In this document: one piece after another, positions 1 to 9,660 of the stretch
Layout: each line of letters begins with the position of its first letter
Position numbering within the stretch: position 1 is the stretch's first letter
Assembly: GCA_965222375.1 (NCBI GenBank)
Contig: CBDCTZ010000016.1
Location: 3,264,001-3,328,000, forward strand
DNA: 64,000 bases
DNA from: Polyangiaceae bacterium
GTDB taxonomy: Bacteria > Myxococcota_A > Polyangia > Polyangiales > Polyangiaceae
Reading direction: 5' to 3'
The notes under the pieces: model-generated
The model's input: only the letters and a program-made list of their open reading frames with translations
Told to the model about the DNA's origin: nothing
Databases searched by the model: none
Program-made: the position numbers and the translations under genes

Positions 1-1707
1 GCATGTGTGTGTCCGGGGGGCACCCAGGGCGTTCAGGTGTGCTCAGCCAACGCCAAGGCCTTTTCCAAATGCGAGTGCGGACTCACGGGCGGTGGCGCTG
101 TCGGCGGTGGCGGCTTTGGCAATGCGACGGGCACCGGAGGTGACATCGGGGGCGGCGGCGGCGGTAACACGCAGGGTGGCGGCTTCGGCGGTGGCTCCGC
201 TGGCGGTGGGAACAACGGTGGCGCGGGCAACGGTGGCGGCAATGCCGGCGGCGGCAATACTGGCGGTGGCAGCGCAGGCGGCGGAAACACCGGGGGTGGC
301 AGCAGTGGCGGCGGTGGCTGGGGCAACACCGGCGGTTGGGCTGGCGGATCCCTCGGGCAGGTGGGCGACTACGCCGGCAACGTGAACATCTCGGAGATCG
401 CCATCTATCAGGGCGTGAAGATCTCACTGATGAAGAACGGTCAGGCCGTCAATAAGCGGAACGCCCCCGTGGTCGAGGGGCGGCCGGCTCTGGTGCGGGT
501 CAGTGTTGCGCCGACAGGTGGTTTTCAAAACCGCAACATCGCCGCGCTGCTCGACCTGAAGTCGAGCGACCCGAATGTGAAGAGCCAGACGGCTACTCTG
601 CAGGTTAGCGGTTCGTCGACAGACAGCAGCCTGGGTAGCACGATCAACTTCCAAATCCCGCCGGAACAGATGACCGGTGACTTGAAGTTTCGTGTCTCGC
701 TCCACGAACCCAGCGGCGGCAGCGTGGGCGCAGTGCAAGGTGGCGCCGTGTTCCCGTCTCAAGGCGACGCCAACATGGGCGTCGAGGCCTCAGGGCCCGT
801 GCGCTTGGTCATCGTGCCCTTCATCTACAACGGCGACGGCTCCGGGCGCGCGCCGAATACGTCGAACGCGCAGATGAAGATCTACCACGACGCCGTTTTT
901 GGGATGTACCCGACGACCAAGGTCGAGATGCAGGTACGCAATCCCGTGACCTATTCGGGCTATGTTGGCCCCGGATCCGGCTGGTCTCAGTGGCTCGATT
1001 CCCTCTGTGATCTGCGCCAGAAAGACGGGGTTGATTCCAAGGTCTTCTACTACGGGGTGATGGCTCCGAAGACATCCTGGAACAGCTACGGAGGCGGCAT
1101 CGCAGGATTGGGCATGGTGCCGTCTGCAACCCTGAAGTGGGGCCGCTGCTCTGTGGGTCTGGGCTTTCAAGGTGCCGACAAGCAGGGGCTGATCATGGCG
1201 CACGAAGTAGGGCACAACCATGGTCGACCCCATGCGCCCTGCGGAGTGAGCGGAGAGCCTTTTCCCTACCCCGGTGCGCGGGTCGGCGTTTGGGGACATG
1301 ACCTGCTCGGCAGCGGGCTCAAGAACCCGAGCAACTTCCGGGATCTGATGAGCTATTGCGATCCGCAGTGGATCAGCGACGTGAACTACGGGAAGCTGTT
1401 TACCCGAATTCGCTACATCAACCAGAACGCCTACGAGGTGCCCGGCGAGCCCCAGGCATATCAGAAGCTCCTGGTCGACGTGGATGGCTCCCTGGTTTGG
1501 GGTGGCGCCATCACGCTGACCGAGAAGGTCACCGGAGTGGACACCGCTGTGCGCTTGCTCACCAAAGAGGGGCGCGTGAAGCAGAGGTTGGTCGTACCCT
1601 TCTTGGCCTTTGGTGACGCTCCCGCTGGGGCCTTCTTCCTGCCGAAGCTGCACTCGGACATCACTCGGGTCGAGGTCGAGGGCTACCCGGCCATCGCCGT
1701 CCACTGA
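1..1707 (+). CDS. Secreted metzincin metallopeptidase (M66-like) with Gly-rich N-terminal linker; 5'-truncated by the window edge
   Basis: Frame is open from base 1. Contains HEVGHNHGRPH (HExxHxxGxxH), Met-turn DLMSY and a long GGN/GGS linker after a Cys-rich stretch. Confidence 0.8.
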   Translation, partial: ACVCPGGTQGVQVCSANAKAFSKCECGLTGGGAVGGGGFGNATGTGGDIGGGGGGNTQGGGFGGGSAGGGNNGGAGNGGGNAGGGNTGGGSAGGGNTGGGSSGGGGWGNTGGWAGGSLGQVGDYAGNVNISEIAIYQGVKISLMKNGQAVNKRNAPVVEGRPALVRVSVAPTGGFQNRNIAALLDLKSSDPNVKSQTATLQVSGSSTDSSLGSTINFQIPPEQMTGDLKFRVSLHEPSGGSVGAVQGGAVFPSQGDANMGVEASGPVRLVIVPFIYNGDGSGRAPNTSNAQMKIYHDAVFGMYPTTKVEMQVRNPVTYSGYVGPGSGWSQWLDSLCDLRQKDGVDSKVFYYGVMAPKTSWNSYGGGIAGLGMVPSATLKWGRCSVGLGFQGADKQGLIMAHEVGHNHGRPHAPCGVSGEPFPYPGARVGVWGHDLLGSGLKNPSNFRDLMSYCDPQWISDVNYGKLFTRIRYINQNAYEVPGEPQAYQKLLVDVDGSLVWGGAITLTEKVTGVDTAVRLLTKEGRVKQRLVVPFLAFGDAPAGAFFLPKLHSDITRVEVEGYPAIAVH

Positions 1708-1822
1708 ACGAGCGGCGGGTCGGCCGAGGGAAAGAGAAGAAAATCCCGATCGACTCTGCAAACTCGGTCAGCGGTGCGTGTCTGTAGTCCTAGGAGGCCT
1801 CTTTCTTCGAGGTCTATTCGTC

Positions 1823-2923
1823 ATGATTGCCCAAAAACTCGCGCCCTTGGCCCTGACTGTCGCCGCCTGCTCGGCGTCGCCGGATGACAACATGGTTGCT
1901 GGCGGCACCCCCGTTGGAGGCAGTGGCAGTGGTGGCGTGACCATCGGCACGGGAGGCGCGGCGGCCAGCGGGGGCGGCGTCGTCGTGCCGGGCAGCGGCG
2001 GGGCGCCGGGTGGGGAGTGTCAGGCGGTTTCCCAGCAGGCCGAACTCGGCGCCAAGCCCGTGGACATCATCTGGGCCGTCGACACCTCCGGCAGCATGAA
2101 GGTGGAACAAAAGGCCGTGGAGCAGAACCTGAACGGCTTCGCTCAACAGATCGCGGCGGCAGGCGTGGACGTGCGCGTGGTGTTGATCTCGGACCCGAAA
2201 GCCATGTGCATCGGAGCGCCCCTAGGCAAGGGCGGTTGCCCCGGAGGTTCCAAGGCGCCGTCATTCCTGCACGTCGAGAAATACGTTGGCAGCCACAGCG
2301 CACTGAGCGCCATGGTCGGCTACCACAGCAGCTACAGTCAGGTACTGCGCCCGAATTCGGTGAAGTACTTCACCGTGGTCACCGACGACAACACGGAACC
2401 GGGCAATGTGAACTCCGCTACGGAGTTCAGCAACAAAGTCGCGGCTCTCGGCATCAGCGACTGGAAGTTCTTCGGCATCTTCTGCACTGGCGGCTGCTCG
2501 TCGAACTGCGTCGCCGTTGGTAAGACCTACGCGAACCTAGTCAGCCAAACCGGTGGCAAGGCCGGGGATTTGTGCGGCGGCAACCTCACGGGGTTCAAGC
2601 CCGTCTTCGATTCTCTTGCGGCAAGCGTGATCGAAAACAAGACCCTGGACTGCTCTTGGGAGATCCCACCGCCGCCCGAGGGCCAAGCCTTCGACAAGGA
2701 GCGCCTGAACGTGCGCTTCACCTCGGGCAGCGGGACCCTCACGGACATCTACGCCGTTGGAGACCCCAGCCAATGCGGCGCTGCCGGTGGTTGGTTCTAC
2801 GACAATCCCGTCTCGCCCACTCGCATCGAGGTGTGCCCGTCGACGTGCCAAGCGCTGCAGTCCGATTCGGCGGGCAAGATTGACATTCTTTTCGGGTGCG
2901 TGACCGTCGCGCAGCCTCAGTGA
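1823..2923 (+). CDS. von Willebrand factor A (VWA) domain lipoprotein
   Basis: Lipobox-like LTVAAC, Gly linker, MIDAS motif VDTSGSM, VVTDD and a Cys-rich C-terminal domain. ATG 1823 chosen within ORF 1610..2923. Confidence 0.8.
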   Translation: MIAQKLAPLALTVAACSASPDDNMVAGGTPVGGSGSGGVTIGTGGAAASGGGVVVPGSGGAPGGECQAVSQQAELGAKPVDIIWAVDTSGSMKVEQKAVEQNLNGFAQQIAAAGVDVRVVLISDPKAMCIGAPLGKGGCPGGSKAPSFLHVEKYVGSHSALSAMVGYHSSYSQVLRPNSVKYFTVVTDDNTEPGNVNSATEFSNKVAALGISDWKFFGIFCTGGCSSNCVAVGKTYANLVSQTGGKAGDLCGGNLTGFKPVFDSLAASVIENKTLDCSWEIPPPPEGQAFDKERLNVRFTSGSGTLTDIYAVGDPSQCGAAGGWFYDNPVSPTRIEVCPSTCQALQSDSAGKIDILFGCVTVAQPQ

Positions 2924-2937
2924 GAAAGGCGAACTTG

Positions 2938-3894
2938 ATGGCTTGTGCAACTCCTGGGGCTGATGCATCGCGCTCGCAATGCCGCCGACGCGCCGCCCTG
3001 AGCCGCTCAGTCTGGTGGGGCGGTTTGCTCGCCTTGTCCCTAGCCTGCTCCGCTACGCCCGAGGGCGACACGGGAAGCGTGGCCAACGGTGGCACGCTCA
3101 CGCCACCTCCGCAGGACACCACCTGCACCTTCGAACCAGACCGCTGCGAGGGCTGCGAAGGCTGCCTCGCGCGCTGCCTGTGCCTGACGCAGAACACGGT
3201 CGAGTGCCCTATCGCCTGCGGCGACACGCAGCCCCCGCCTCCGCCTCCGACTGGCGGCAACGGTGGCGGCGGCGGCACACCCCCGCCTCCGCCGCCGCCT
3301 CCTCTGACAGGTGGCAATGGAGGAAACGGAGGTGGCGGCGGGACGCCACCGCCGGCAACTGGCGGAACCACGGGTGGCAATCCTTGCCCCTATCCGCCCG
3401 GACCCTACGGCACGAGCGTTGGTGCCACCGTCGCTCCCAGCTTGAGTTGGCAGGGGTTCGCCGAGGGTTCCCATCAAGCGGGCACGGTGAACATCACCGA
3501 CTACCACGACTGTGATGGCACGCGAGGTGTGAACGCCTTGGTCGTGAACCAGAGCGCGGTCTGGTGCGGCGTGTGTAAGACCGAAGCCAAGAAATACAAT
3601 TCGAAGATGGCGGGCGGTTTCAAACAGAAGGGGATCCGCATCTTGAGCCTGATGATCGAGAACGCCTACGGGCAGCCGGCGACGCTAAAGACCGCTCAAG
3701 GTTGGAAGGACTCCTATTCGGATGGCTCCTGGGCAGTGGTTGCGGATCCCGACTTCACGTTCAGCAGCCCCGGCTCGAATAGCTTGCCTACGTATTTGAT
3801 CGTCAATCCCCGGACGATGAAGATCATCGATCGCCGCTCCGGTGGCATGAACTACTCCAAGTTGGAAAGCCTGGCCGCCGGCAACGCCAAGTGA
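2938..3894 (+). CDS. Lipoprotein with Cys-rich module, Pro/Gly linker and C-terminal thioredoxin-fold (redoxin) domain
   Basis: Lipobox LSLAC, SAVWCGVC CxxC and an SLPT cis-Pro-like motif. GAAAGG lies upstream of ATG 2938. Confidence 0.75.
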   Translation: MACATPGADASRSQCRRRAALSRSVWWGGLLALSLACSATPEGDTGSVANGGTLTPPPQDTTCTFEPDRCEGCEGCLARCLCLTQNTVECPIACGDTQPPPPPPTGGNGGGGGTPPPPPPPPLTGGNGGNGGGGGTPPPATGGTTGGNPCPYPPGPYGTSVGATVAPSLSWQGFAEGSHQAGTVNITDYHDCDGTRGVNALVVNQSAVWCGVCKTEAKKYNSKMAGGFKQKGIRILSLMIENAYGQPATLKTAQGWKDSYSDGSWAVVADPDFTFSSPGSNSLPTYLIVNPRTMKIIDRRSGGMNYSKLESLAAGNAK

Positions 3895-3996
3895 TCGCAC
3901 GCTCTGGGTGCAAGATCCTCGACGTGAGGGTGTCTCCACTGTGCGGGTCATGAACGCTCAGAGAGCGGAGACCCAGCAAACAAGGAGGCGTTAGCG

Positions 3997-5034
3997 ATGA
4001 GCACATGGTCGTCGACAGCAGTGATGGGGGTGATGGCACTGGGATTGACCGCGGCCTGCGGCGGGTCCGATGACGCTGCGGGACCCGGCGGGCAGGGGGG
4101 CGGCGGCGCGATCGGACAGGCGGGCAGCGCTTCTGGCGGCCAAGTCGGAACCGCCGGCAGCGGTGGCAGCATCGGAGGCGCGGGCGCGACGGGCTCCGGC
4201 GGCACTACGACCACGCCCGGGGGCTGCGCGAACAATCAGACTAAGGCTACGAGCGGAAATCACATCATCGCTGAAGTCAGCTGGCCTGCGAAGACGGGAA
4301 TCGAAGCGGGCAGCGGCACGATGCACATCTGGACGCTGACGGTCCTCGACATGCAGGCGCCAGATCCCAGCACTGGAGCCATTCCGGCAACGGGTCAGGT
4401 CAAGCCCTGCGGCAGCACCATTCCAGCGTTGACCAAGACCGCGCTGGCCGGAGGCGGCAAGGTGCAGACCATCATCCCCGACGAAGTTTGGGACCAACCT
4501 GGCATTCCCACCTTCACTGCGACGGGGACCCTCAGCGGATTCGACGTGGGAGCGACGGTTCAAATGGATCCCGTGGTCAGCATGGTTGGGCTGACCATGG
4601 ACAATCCGGACGGGCCGTGGCCTTCGTCTTTCAAGCAAGTCAAAGCGATGGATCATGACGGTGATGGCAAGCCAGGGATCTTCGCGCGACCGCGCACGGA
4701 TGCGCCCTTCGCAGCGCCACCTACGTCCTTGTTCGAGGCCTTGAACCCGAATGGCAAGCGCGCAACGGCCATCTACGTGGCAACGCGCACGAAAGTGGAG
4801 CTCGGAGGCAAGCGCGATACCTGCACCACTGCGAGTGGAGACGCCAAGGTGCATCTCTTCGATTCCCATGTGGTGGGTTGTGCGCGTAACGACAACAAGC
4901 CTTGCAGCGCAGGGGAAGTCGACTTCATCGATCAGAACCAGCCCAAATTCAACGTCAAGAGTGCCACGTACAAGATGGTACAATTGCCCGATGGGGCGAG
5001 TTGTGCGGACGTTCGTGCGGCACTACCGAACTAG
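3997..5034 (+). CDS. Hypothetical lipoprotein with Gly-rich tether
   Basis: AAGGAGG RBS, lipobox LTAAC, Gly linker, DHDGDG Ca-loop-like motif and paired Cys. Confidence 0.75.
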   Translation: MSTWSSTAVMGVMALGLTAACGGSDDAAGPGGQGGGGAIGQAGSASGGQVGTAGSGGSIGGAGATGSGGTTTTPGGCANNQTKATSGNHIIAEVSWPAKTGIEAGSGTMHIWTLTVLDMQAPDPSTGAIPATGQVKPCGSTIPALTKTALAGGGKVQTIIPDEVWDQPGIPTFTATGTLSGFDVGATVQMDPVVSMVGLTMDNPDGPWPSSFKQVKAMDHDGDGKPGIFARPRTDAPFAAPPTSLFEALNPNGKRATAIYVATRTKVELGGKRDTCTTASGDAKVHLFDSHVVGCARNDNKPCSAGEVDFIDQNQPKFNVKSATYKMVQLPDGASCADVRAALPN

Positions 5035-7633
5035 CTGGCTCTGTGTGGCCGCGCTCTGCGCGCCACTCCTGGGCTGCGGAGACGGTGAAAGTCCGCAGGG
5101 CAACAAGAGCGGTCCCGTTGAGATCGTGGTGGACGACCTCGGCGTGCCGCACATCTACGCCGAAACCGACGAGGACCTGTTTTTCGCCTACGGCTACCAG
5201 CTCGCGTCCGACCGTTTGCTGCAGATCGAGATGTGGCGCCGCTTCGCGTTTGGGCGCCGCGCGGAGATCCTCGGTGCCGACTTCAAGGGGTCCTTCGGTT
5301 CCACTGCGCTGGAGGACGACAAGCTCGTTCGCATGTTCAACTTGCCCCACTTCGGGGGCATGGACGCCGTGTTGATGAAACGGGACTTTCCGGAGCGCTA
5401 CGCCCTAGTCCAGGCCTGGAGACAGGGAATCAACCGCCGCGTCGAGGAAGTGCGCTCCGGAGAGGTGCCGCCGCCCTTCGGTTTTGGCAAAGAGGACCTC
5501 GACTTTTTGCCGGAGCCCTGGGACGAAAACGATCCTTTCGTCGTGCAGAAGATGATCCAACTCGGCCTGGATCAAACGCTGCTTTTCGAGATTCTGGTGA
5601 CCCTGCTGGGGCAGCTCGCGCCGCAGGCTCTCGATAGCATTCAGTTGTTCAAGCCCGCCCGGGACGTACAGATAGTTCCCGAAGCGGAAGTGCCCGCGGC
5701 CAGTGCAATGTGGAGGCCGTTTCGACGGGACGCGACAGCGCGCGGCGGGTGGCAGGAAGCCCTCGGCAGCGCCGTGCAGCAACACCCGCGCGCAGGAGCT
5801 ACACGACGCATAGCGCGCGGTGACTCGACTCCTCCGGCGCGCGAGCTTCCGGCTTGGGCTGGCGCTGCGGACAGCTGGGGTAACCTACTGGCTGTGCCCA
5901 AGGCGGGCAGCAACAGCTGGGCGGTGGACGGTCGCTTCACCGAGAGCGGCAAGCCCATGGTCGCCGGGGATCCACACCTGGTGTTCACGTTGATGGGCGC
6001 CATGTATGCCGTGCACCTGAATAGCAAGGACCAGGGCGGTAGTTTTGATGTCGCTGGTTTCGCGTTTGCCCCTGCCCCGGGGATCTTCGCAGGTCAGACC
6101 CGGGGCGTGGTGTTCACCCCCACTAGTGCCTTCGGCGACGTGATGGACCTGTGGGCCGTGCAGCGCGACGGCGACCGCGTCAAGGTGGGCGAAAGCTGGG
6201 TCGATCTCAACGAACGCGAAGAGATCATCGAGGTGCGCAGCGGGTCCGCGGAGAGCATCACGCTGTACGACGTTCCTGGTCACGGCGTGCTCTTCGATCC
6301 GTCCTTTGCGGGGGTGCCCGTACCTCTCTCGGCGGATGGTCGTCCAACGCTGATTGGGTGGACCGGGTTCGCCGCGCGCAGTTCGCTGTACTTCCTCGAA
6401 CTCAATCGAGCGGAGACCATCGACGCTTTTGACGAAGCGGTGAAGCGCATCCCCGAGATGAGCTACAACTGGGTGGGCGCGGACCGCGACAGCATCGCGT
6501 ACCGAGTCAGCCTCGAGGTACCGCGCCGGGCGCCGATCGCCCCGGGGCGCGAGCCCTGGCGAGTCATGGACGGGAACGACCCCAAGGCGTTTTGGCTGGG
6601 CGAGAGCTTGCCCTTGGACCAGCTGCCCCACACTCGCGCCGCCGGACGTGGCCTCATCGTTACGGCGAACAACGACCCCTTCGGTTTCACCGCGGACGGA
6701 GATCCCGCCAACGACCCGCTCTACTACGGCGCCTTTTTCGATCCCGGTTATCGCGCGGAGCGCATCGACGCCGAACTCGTCCGGATGTCGAGTTCCGGCA
6801 AGCTCACGCTGTCGAACATGCAGGACCTGCAGATGGACGCGTACTCCTTGATGTCCGAGGACTTTCTGCCTTTGCTCGAACAAGCCTGGCAGCAGGTAGG
6901 CAAGGACCCGGCGCTGGCAAACTACGAAAGCCGTCCCGAACTATCCCAGTTGGTCAAGCTGCTGACCCAAGATTGGGACCGGCGCATGGTTCGAGACTCC
7001 GCAGGCGCTGTCGCATTTCATGCCTTCGCACACTTCACCGCTGGCCGAACTCTCGAGGACGACATTTTCGCGATTCTCTACGAGCGCGTGCTGGAGGCGG
7101 CGCCCTTCTACTTGCTCAAGGTCGCAGCACAAGCTCTCGCTGGCGCGTATCCAAAGGGTGACGCCATCCTGCAGGAGGGCCGAGACGTCATAATCTTGAG
7201 TGCCCTTTCGGATACCGCGGCGTTCCTCACGGATCGCTTCGGCAGTGTCGACCCGGCCGGCTACAACTGGGGCCGAATGCACGTGACGAACTTCGACAAC
7301 GCCTATGGGCTAGGCGTTTCTCTGACCAGCGTGCCGAGTGACGGCGGAGAAAATACCGTGAATGTGGCCCACAGCGTGTTTCGCAAGGACCTGAAGATCC
7401 CCGAGCAGTGGGTCAGTGACTACGGCCCCGTGGAGCGGATGGTGGGCCATTTCCTGGCGGATGGCTCGCCGGAAATCTGGGTCAACTTCCCCATGGGCAA
7501 CGTGGCTGATCGGCAGAGCGCCCACTTCGACGACCGCACCCAGGACTGGTCCGAAGGCAAGTATCGCAAGTTCGCCTTCGTACGCAGCGAGGTGGAAGCC
7601 CGCTCCGAGCGGCGATTCGAGTTGCGGCGCTGA
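4991..7633 (+). CDS. Penicillin acylase family (Ntn-hydrolase, S45) lipoprotein
   Basis: DDLGVPHIYA, GY..A.DRLLQ, autoproteolytic G|SNSWAV (Ser at 5909), GDPHL and TANND. Lipobox LLGC. Start uncertain (4991-5015). Confidence 0.88.
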   Translation: MGRVVRTFVRHYRTSWLCVAALCAPLLGCGDGESPQGNKSGPVEIVVDDLGVPHIYAETDEDLFFAYGYQLASDRLLQIEMWRRFAFGRRAEILGADFKGSFGSTALEDDKLVRMFNLPHFGGMDAVLMKRDFPERYALVQAWRQGINRRVEEVRSGEVPPPFGFGKEDLDFLPEPWDENDPFVVQKMIQLGLDQTLLFEILVTLLGQLAPQALDSIQLFKPARDVQIVPEAEVPAASAMWRPFRRDATARGGWQEALGSAVQQHPRAGATRRIARGDSTPPARELPAWAGAADSWGNLLAVPKAGSNSWAVDGRFTESGKPMVAGDPHLVFTLMGAMYAVHLNSKDQGGSFDVAGFAFAPAPGIFAGQTRGVVFTPTSAFGDVMDLWAVQRDGDRVKVGESWVDLNEREEIIEVRSGSAESITLYDVPGHGVLFDPSFAGVPVPLSADGRPTLIGWTGFAARSSLYFLELNRAETIDAFDEAVKRIPEMSYNWVGADRDSIAYRVSLEVPRRAPIAPGREPWRVMDGNDPKAFWLGESLPLDQLPHTRAAGRGLIVTANNDPFGFTADGDPANDPLYYGAFFDPGYRAERIDAELVRMSSSGKLTLSNMQDLQMDAYSLMSEDFLPLLEQAWQQVGKDPALANYESRPELSQLVKLLTQDWDRRMVRDSAGAVAFHAFAHFTAGRTLEDDIFAILYERVLEAAPFYLLKVAAQALAGAYPKGDAILQEGRDVIILSALSDTAAFLTDRFGSVDPAGYNWGRMHVTNFDNAYGLGVSLTSVPSDGGENTVNVAHSVFRKDLKIPEQWVSDYGPVERMVGHFLADGSPEIWVNFPMGNVADRQSAHFDDRTQDWSEGKYRKFAFVRSEVEARSERRFELRR

Positions 7634-7779
7634 GGGGCCGCCAAGTCTCCGGGTGAGCCCGGGCGTGCCGGGCCAGCTCCTGGAGGCCGGCAAATCGGGC
7701 GGGAAAACAGTGCTGCGGATGGGTGCTGCGTCCTGGAAGTGCTTCCGCCGCAAGCGGCAGTGCGCTAGTCCCACAGAAC

Positions 7780-9129
7780 ATGGAGGCTGAGGTCGAAGCG
7801 GGCACCCGCATCGGCGAGAAATACGTGGTCGAGCGTGTGATCGGCGCCGGGGGCATGGGCGTCGTGGTGTCGGCCCGCCACGCGGATCTGGGTCAGCGGG
7901 TCGCGATCAAGCTCCTGCGCGAAGGCGTGTTGGCGGATTCCGAAGCTGAGCGGCGCTTCTTTCGCGAAGCCCGCGCCCTGGCCACACTGCAGAGTGACCA
8001 CATCGTCCGTGTGCATGACGTTGGGCGCCGAGACGAAGGCACGCCCTACATGGTCATGGAGTATCTCGAGGGCCAGGACCTGGCGCACGTGCTGATGGAG
8101 CGCAAGGCGGTGGCGCCCACGGAAGTCGTCGATTGGATCCTGGAGGCCTGCTCCGGGCTGGCCGAGGCTCACGCCCGCGGGTTGGTGCATCGAGATCTGA
8201 AACCGGGCAATCTGTTCCTCGCCAAGCGGTTGGATGGCTCCCTCCGCGTCAAGGTCTTGGACTTCGGAATCGCCAAGTCCACGAAGAGCCAATCCAAGCT
8301 CACGGGTGCGCGCGTCTTCTTGGGTTCGCCGCGCTACATGTCGCCAGAGCAACTGCACAGCTCGCGCACGGTGGACGCGCGCGCGGACATCTGGTCCATC
8401 GGCTGCGTGCTGTACCGCCTGCTCTCTGGCAAGGCACCCTTCGATGGTGAAGAGTTGGAAGACATCTTGGCCAAGATCCCCGCCGGGAAGCGCGAGGACT
8501 TGCGAAAACTCGTTCCAGATCTGCCCGAAGCGTTGTGCGTGGTCGTCGATCGCTGCCTCGAGCCGGACCGGAACAAGCGCTTCGGAAGCGTCGTGGAGCT
8601 GGCCCAGGCTCTGTCGCCCTTGGGGGGCGAGAAAGCCACGGAGATGGCCGACCGCGTCGCGAAGATCACTGCGCGCCCCATGACGACCGGCACGGCCATG
8701 GTTCAGGGGACGCATCCGGTGCCAAAAGCGGCGTCCGTGCCCAAGGACGTGGACCGCGCTGCGGCAACCCGCGCGGAAGGCTCCATTGACGGCAGCGCAG
8801 ACACCGAGCTGGGTCCGCCGAAGCGCGTGACCCTCGAACCCACCGTGGATGATCCTCAGCTTTCGGCGGTTCCCATTTCCGAGCCTGCCGTCGCTGATTC
8901 GGGCTCTGACGCGTCAGCGCCCACGCCTGCTTCCCAGCTGCCCGCCGTCGCACCGTCAGCGCCGCCAGAAGCGATGCCGAGTGACCACCCAGCGCCTCCC
9001 GAAGTGGTCAGCTCCCTGGCCCCACGCCCGAAGACGCGATGGGGTGCAGGAACCCTCGTTTTGTTGTTGTTTCTAGCGGTCGCGGTGCTCGTCGTGGCCT
9101 TCGTGGGTTTCGGAGCCTTCGCAAAGTGA
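7780..9129 (+). CDS. Hanks-type Ser/Thr protein kinase with C-terminal transmembrane helix
   Basis: IGAGGMGVV, VAIK, HRDLKPGN, DFG, GSPRYMSPEQ, DIWSIG, then a Pro-rich linker and a terminal TM helix. Confidence 0.93.
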   Translation: MEAEVEAGTRIGEKYVVERVIGAGGMGVVVSARHADLGQRVAIKLLREGVLADSEAERRFFREARALATLQSDHIVRVHDVGRRDEGTPYMVMEYLEGQDLAHVLMERKAVAPTEVVDWILEACSGLAEAHARGLVHRDLKPGNLFLAKRLDGSLRVKVLDFGIAKSTKSQSKLTGARVFLGSPRYMSPEQLHSSRTVDARADIWSIGCVLYRLLSGKAPFDGEELEDILAKIPAGKREDLRKLVPDLPEALCVVVDRCLEPDRNKRFGSVVELAQALSPLGGEKATEMADRVAKITARPMTTGTAMVQGTHPVPKAASVPKDVDRAAATRAEGSIDGSADTELGPPKRVTLEPTVDDPQLSAVPISEPAVADSGSDASAPTPASQLPAVAPSAPPEAMPSDHPAPPEVVSSLAPRPKTRWGAGTLVLLLFLAVAVLVVAFVGFGAFAK

Positions 9130-9152
9130 CAGCATCGGCTAGGGTGAACTCG

Positions 9153-9656
9153 ATGCGCCTCGCTGTGTTGCTCGCTGTGCTGTTGTCGATGCTGGGCTGT
9201 GCTGGAGGCTCCGCAACCCTACCTAAGAGCGCCGACAGTCCGCTCTTAGAAGGCACACTTCCGGACTTCCGTCGCAACGATCTCGCTGGCGCGACGATCA
9301 AGAGCAAGGAACTGGTGGGTCGCGTGGTGGTGGTGAAGTTCTTTGCGAAGTACTGCAAGCCTTGCAAGAAGACACTACCCGCCACCGTTGCCATGGCGGA
9401 GGAGCGACCGGAAGTGACGTTCCTGGGCGTCAGTGTGGACGAGAGCGAACGGGACGCGCGCGAGATGGTCAACCAGTATGGCCTGTCCTTTCCAGTGATC
9501 TACGATCGCGGTGCGGTCTTGGCTGGTCGGTTCCGCATTTCCGAACTGCCGGCCACGTTCGTGGTGGGCAAGAGCGGCAAGGTGGTTTGGGTCGGCGCGG
9601 AAGCCGTGGACGAGTCCGTGCTGGCCTCGGCCATCGATGCGGCTGAGTCTCGCTAG
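9153..9656 (+). CDS. TlpA/ResA-like thiol-disulfide oxidoreductase lipoprotein
   Basis: Lipobox MLGC, FFAKYCKPC and ELPATF. An alternative GTG at 9126 overlaps the kinase stop. Confidence 0.85.
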   Translation: MRLAVLLAVLLSMLGCAGGSATLPKSADSPLLEGTLPDFRRNDLAGATIKSKELVGRVVVVKFFAKYCKPCKKTLPATVAMAEERPEVTFLGVSVDESERDAREMVNQYGLSFPVIYDRGAVLAGRFRISELPATFVVGKSGKVVWVGAEAVDESVLASAIDAAESR

Positions 9657-9660
9657 CGAG

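Noticed and set aside
85..350. GGC/CCG-rich tracts (also ~3230-3380, 20250-20520, 31200-31380, 62260-62350) as DNA repeat elements
   Set aside because: They are explained by Gly/Pro low-complexity protein linkers.
4651..4677. DHDGDG (and DLDGDG at 58874, DPDGD in the 55426 gene) as further dockerins
   Set aside because: These are single loops inside other domains, without the duplicated loop-helix arrangement.
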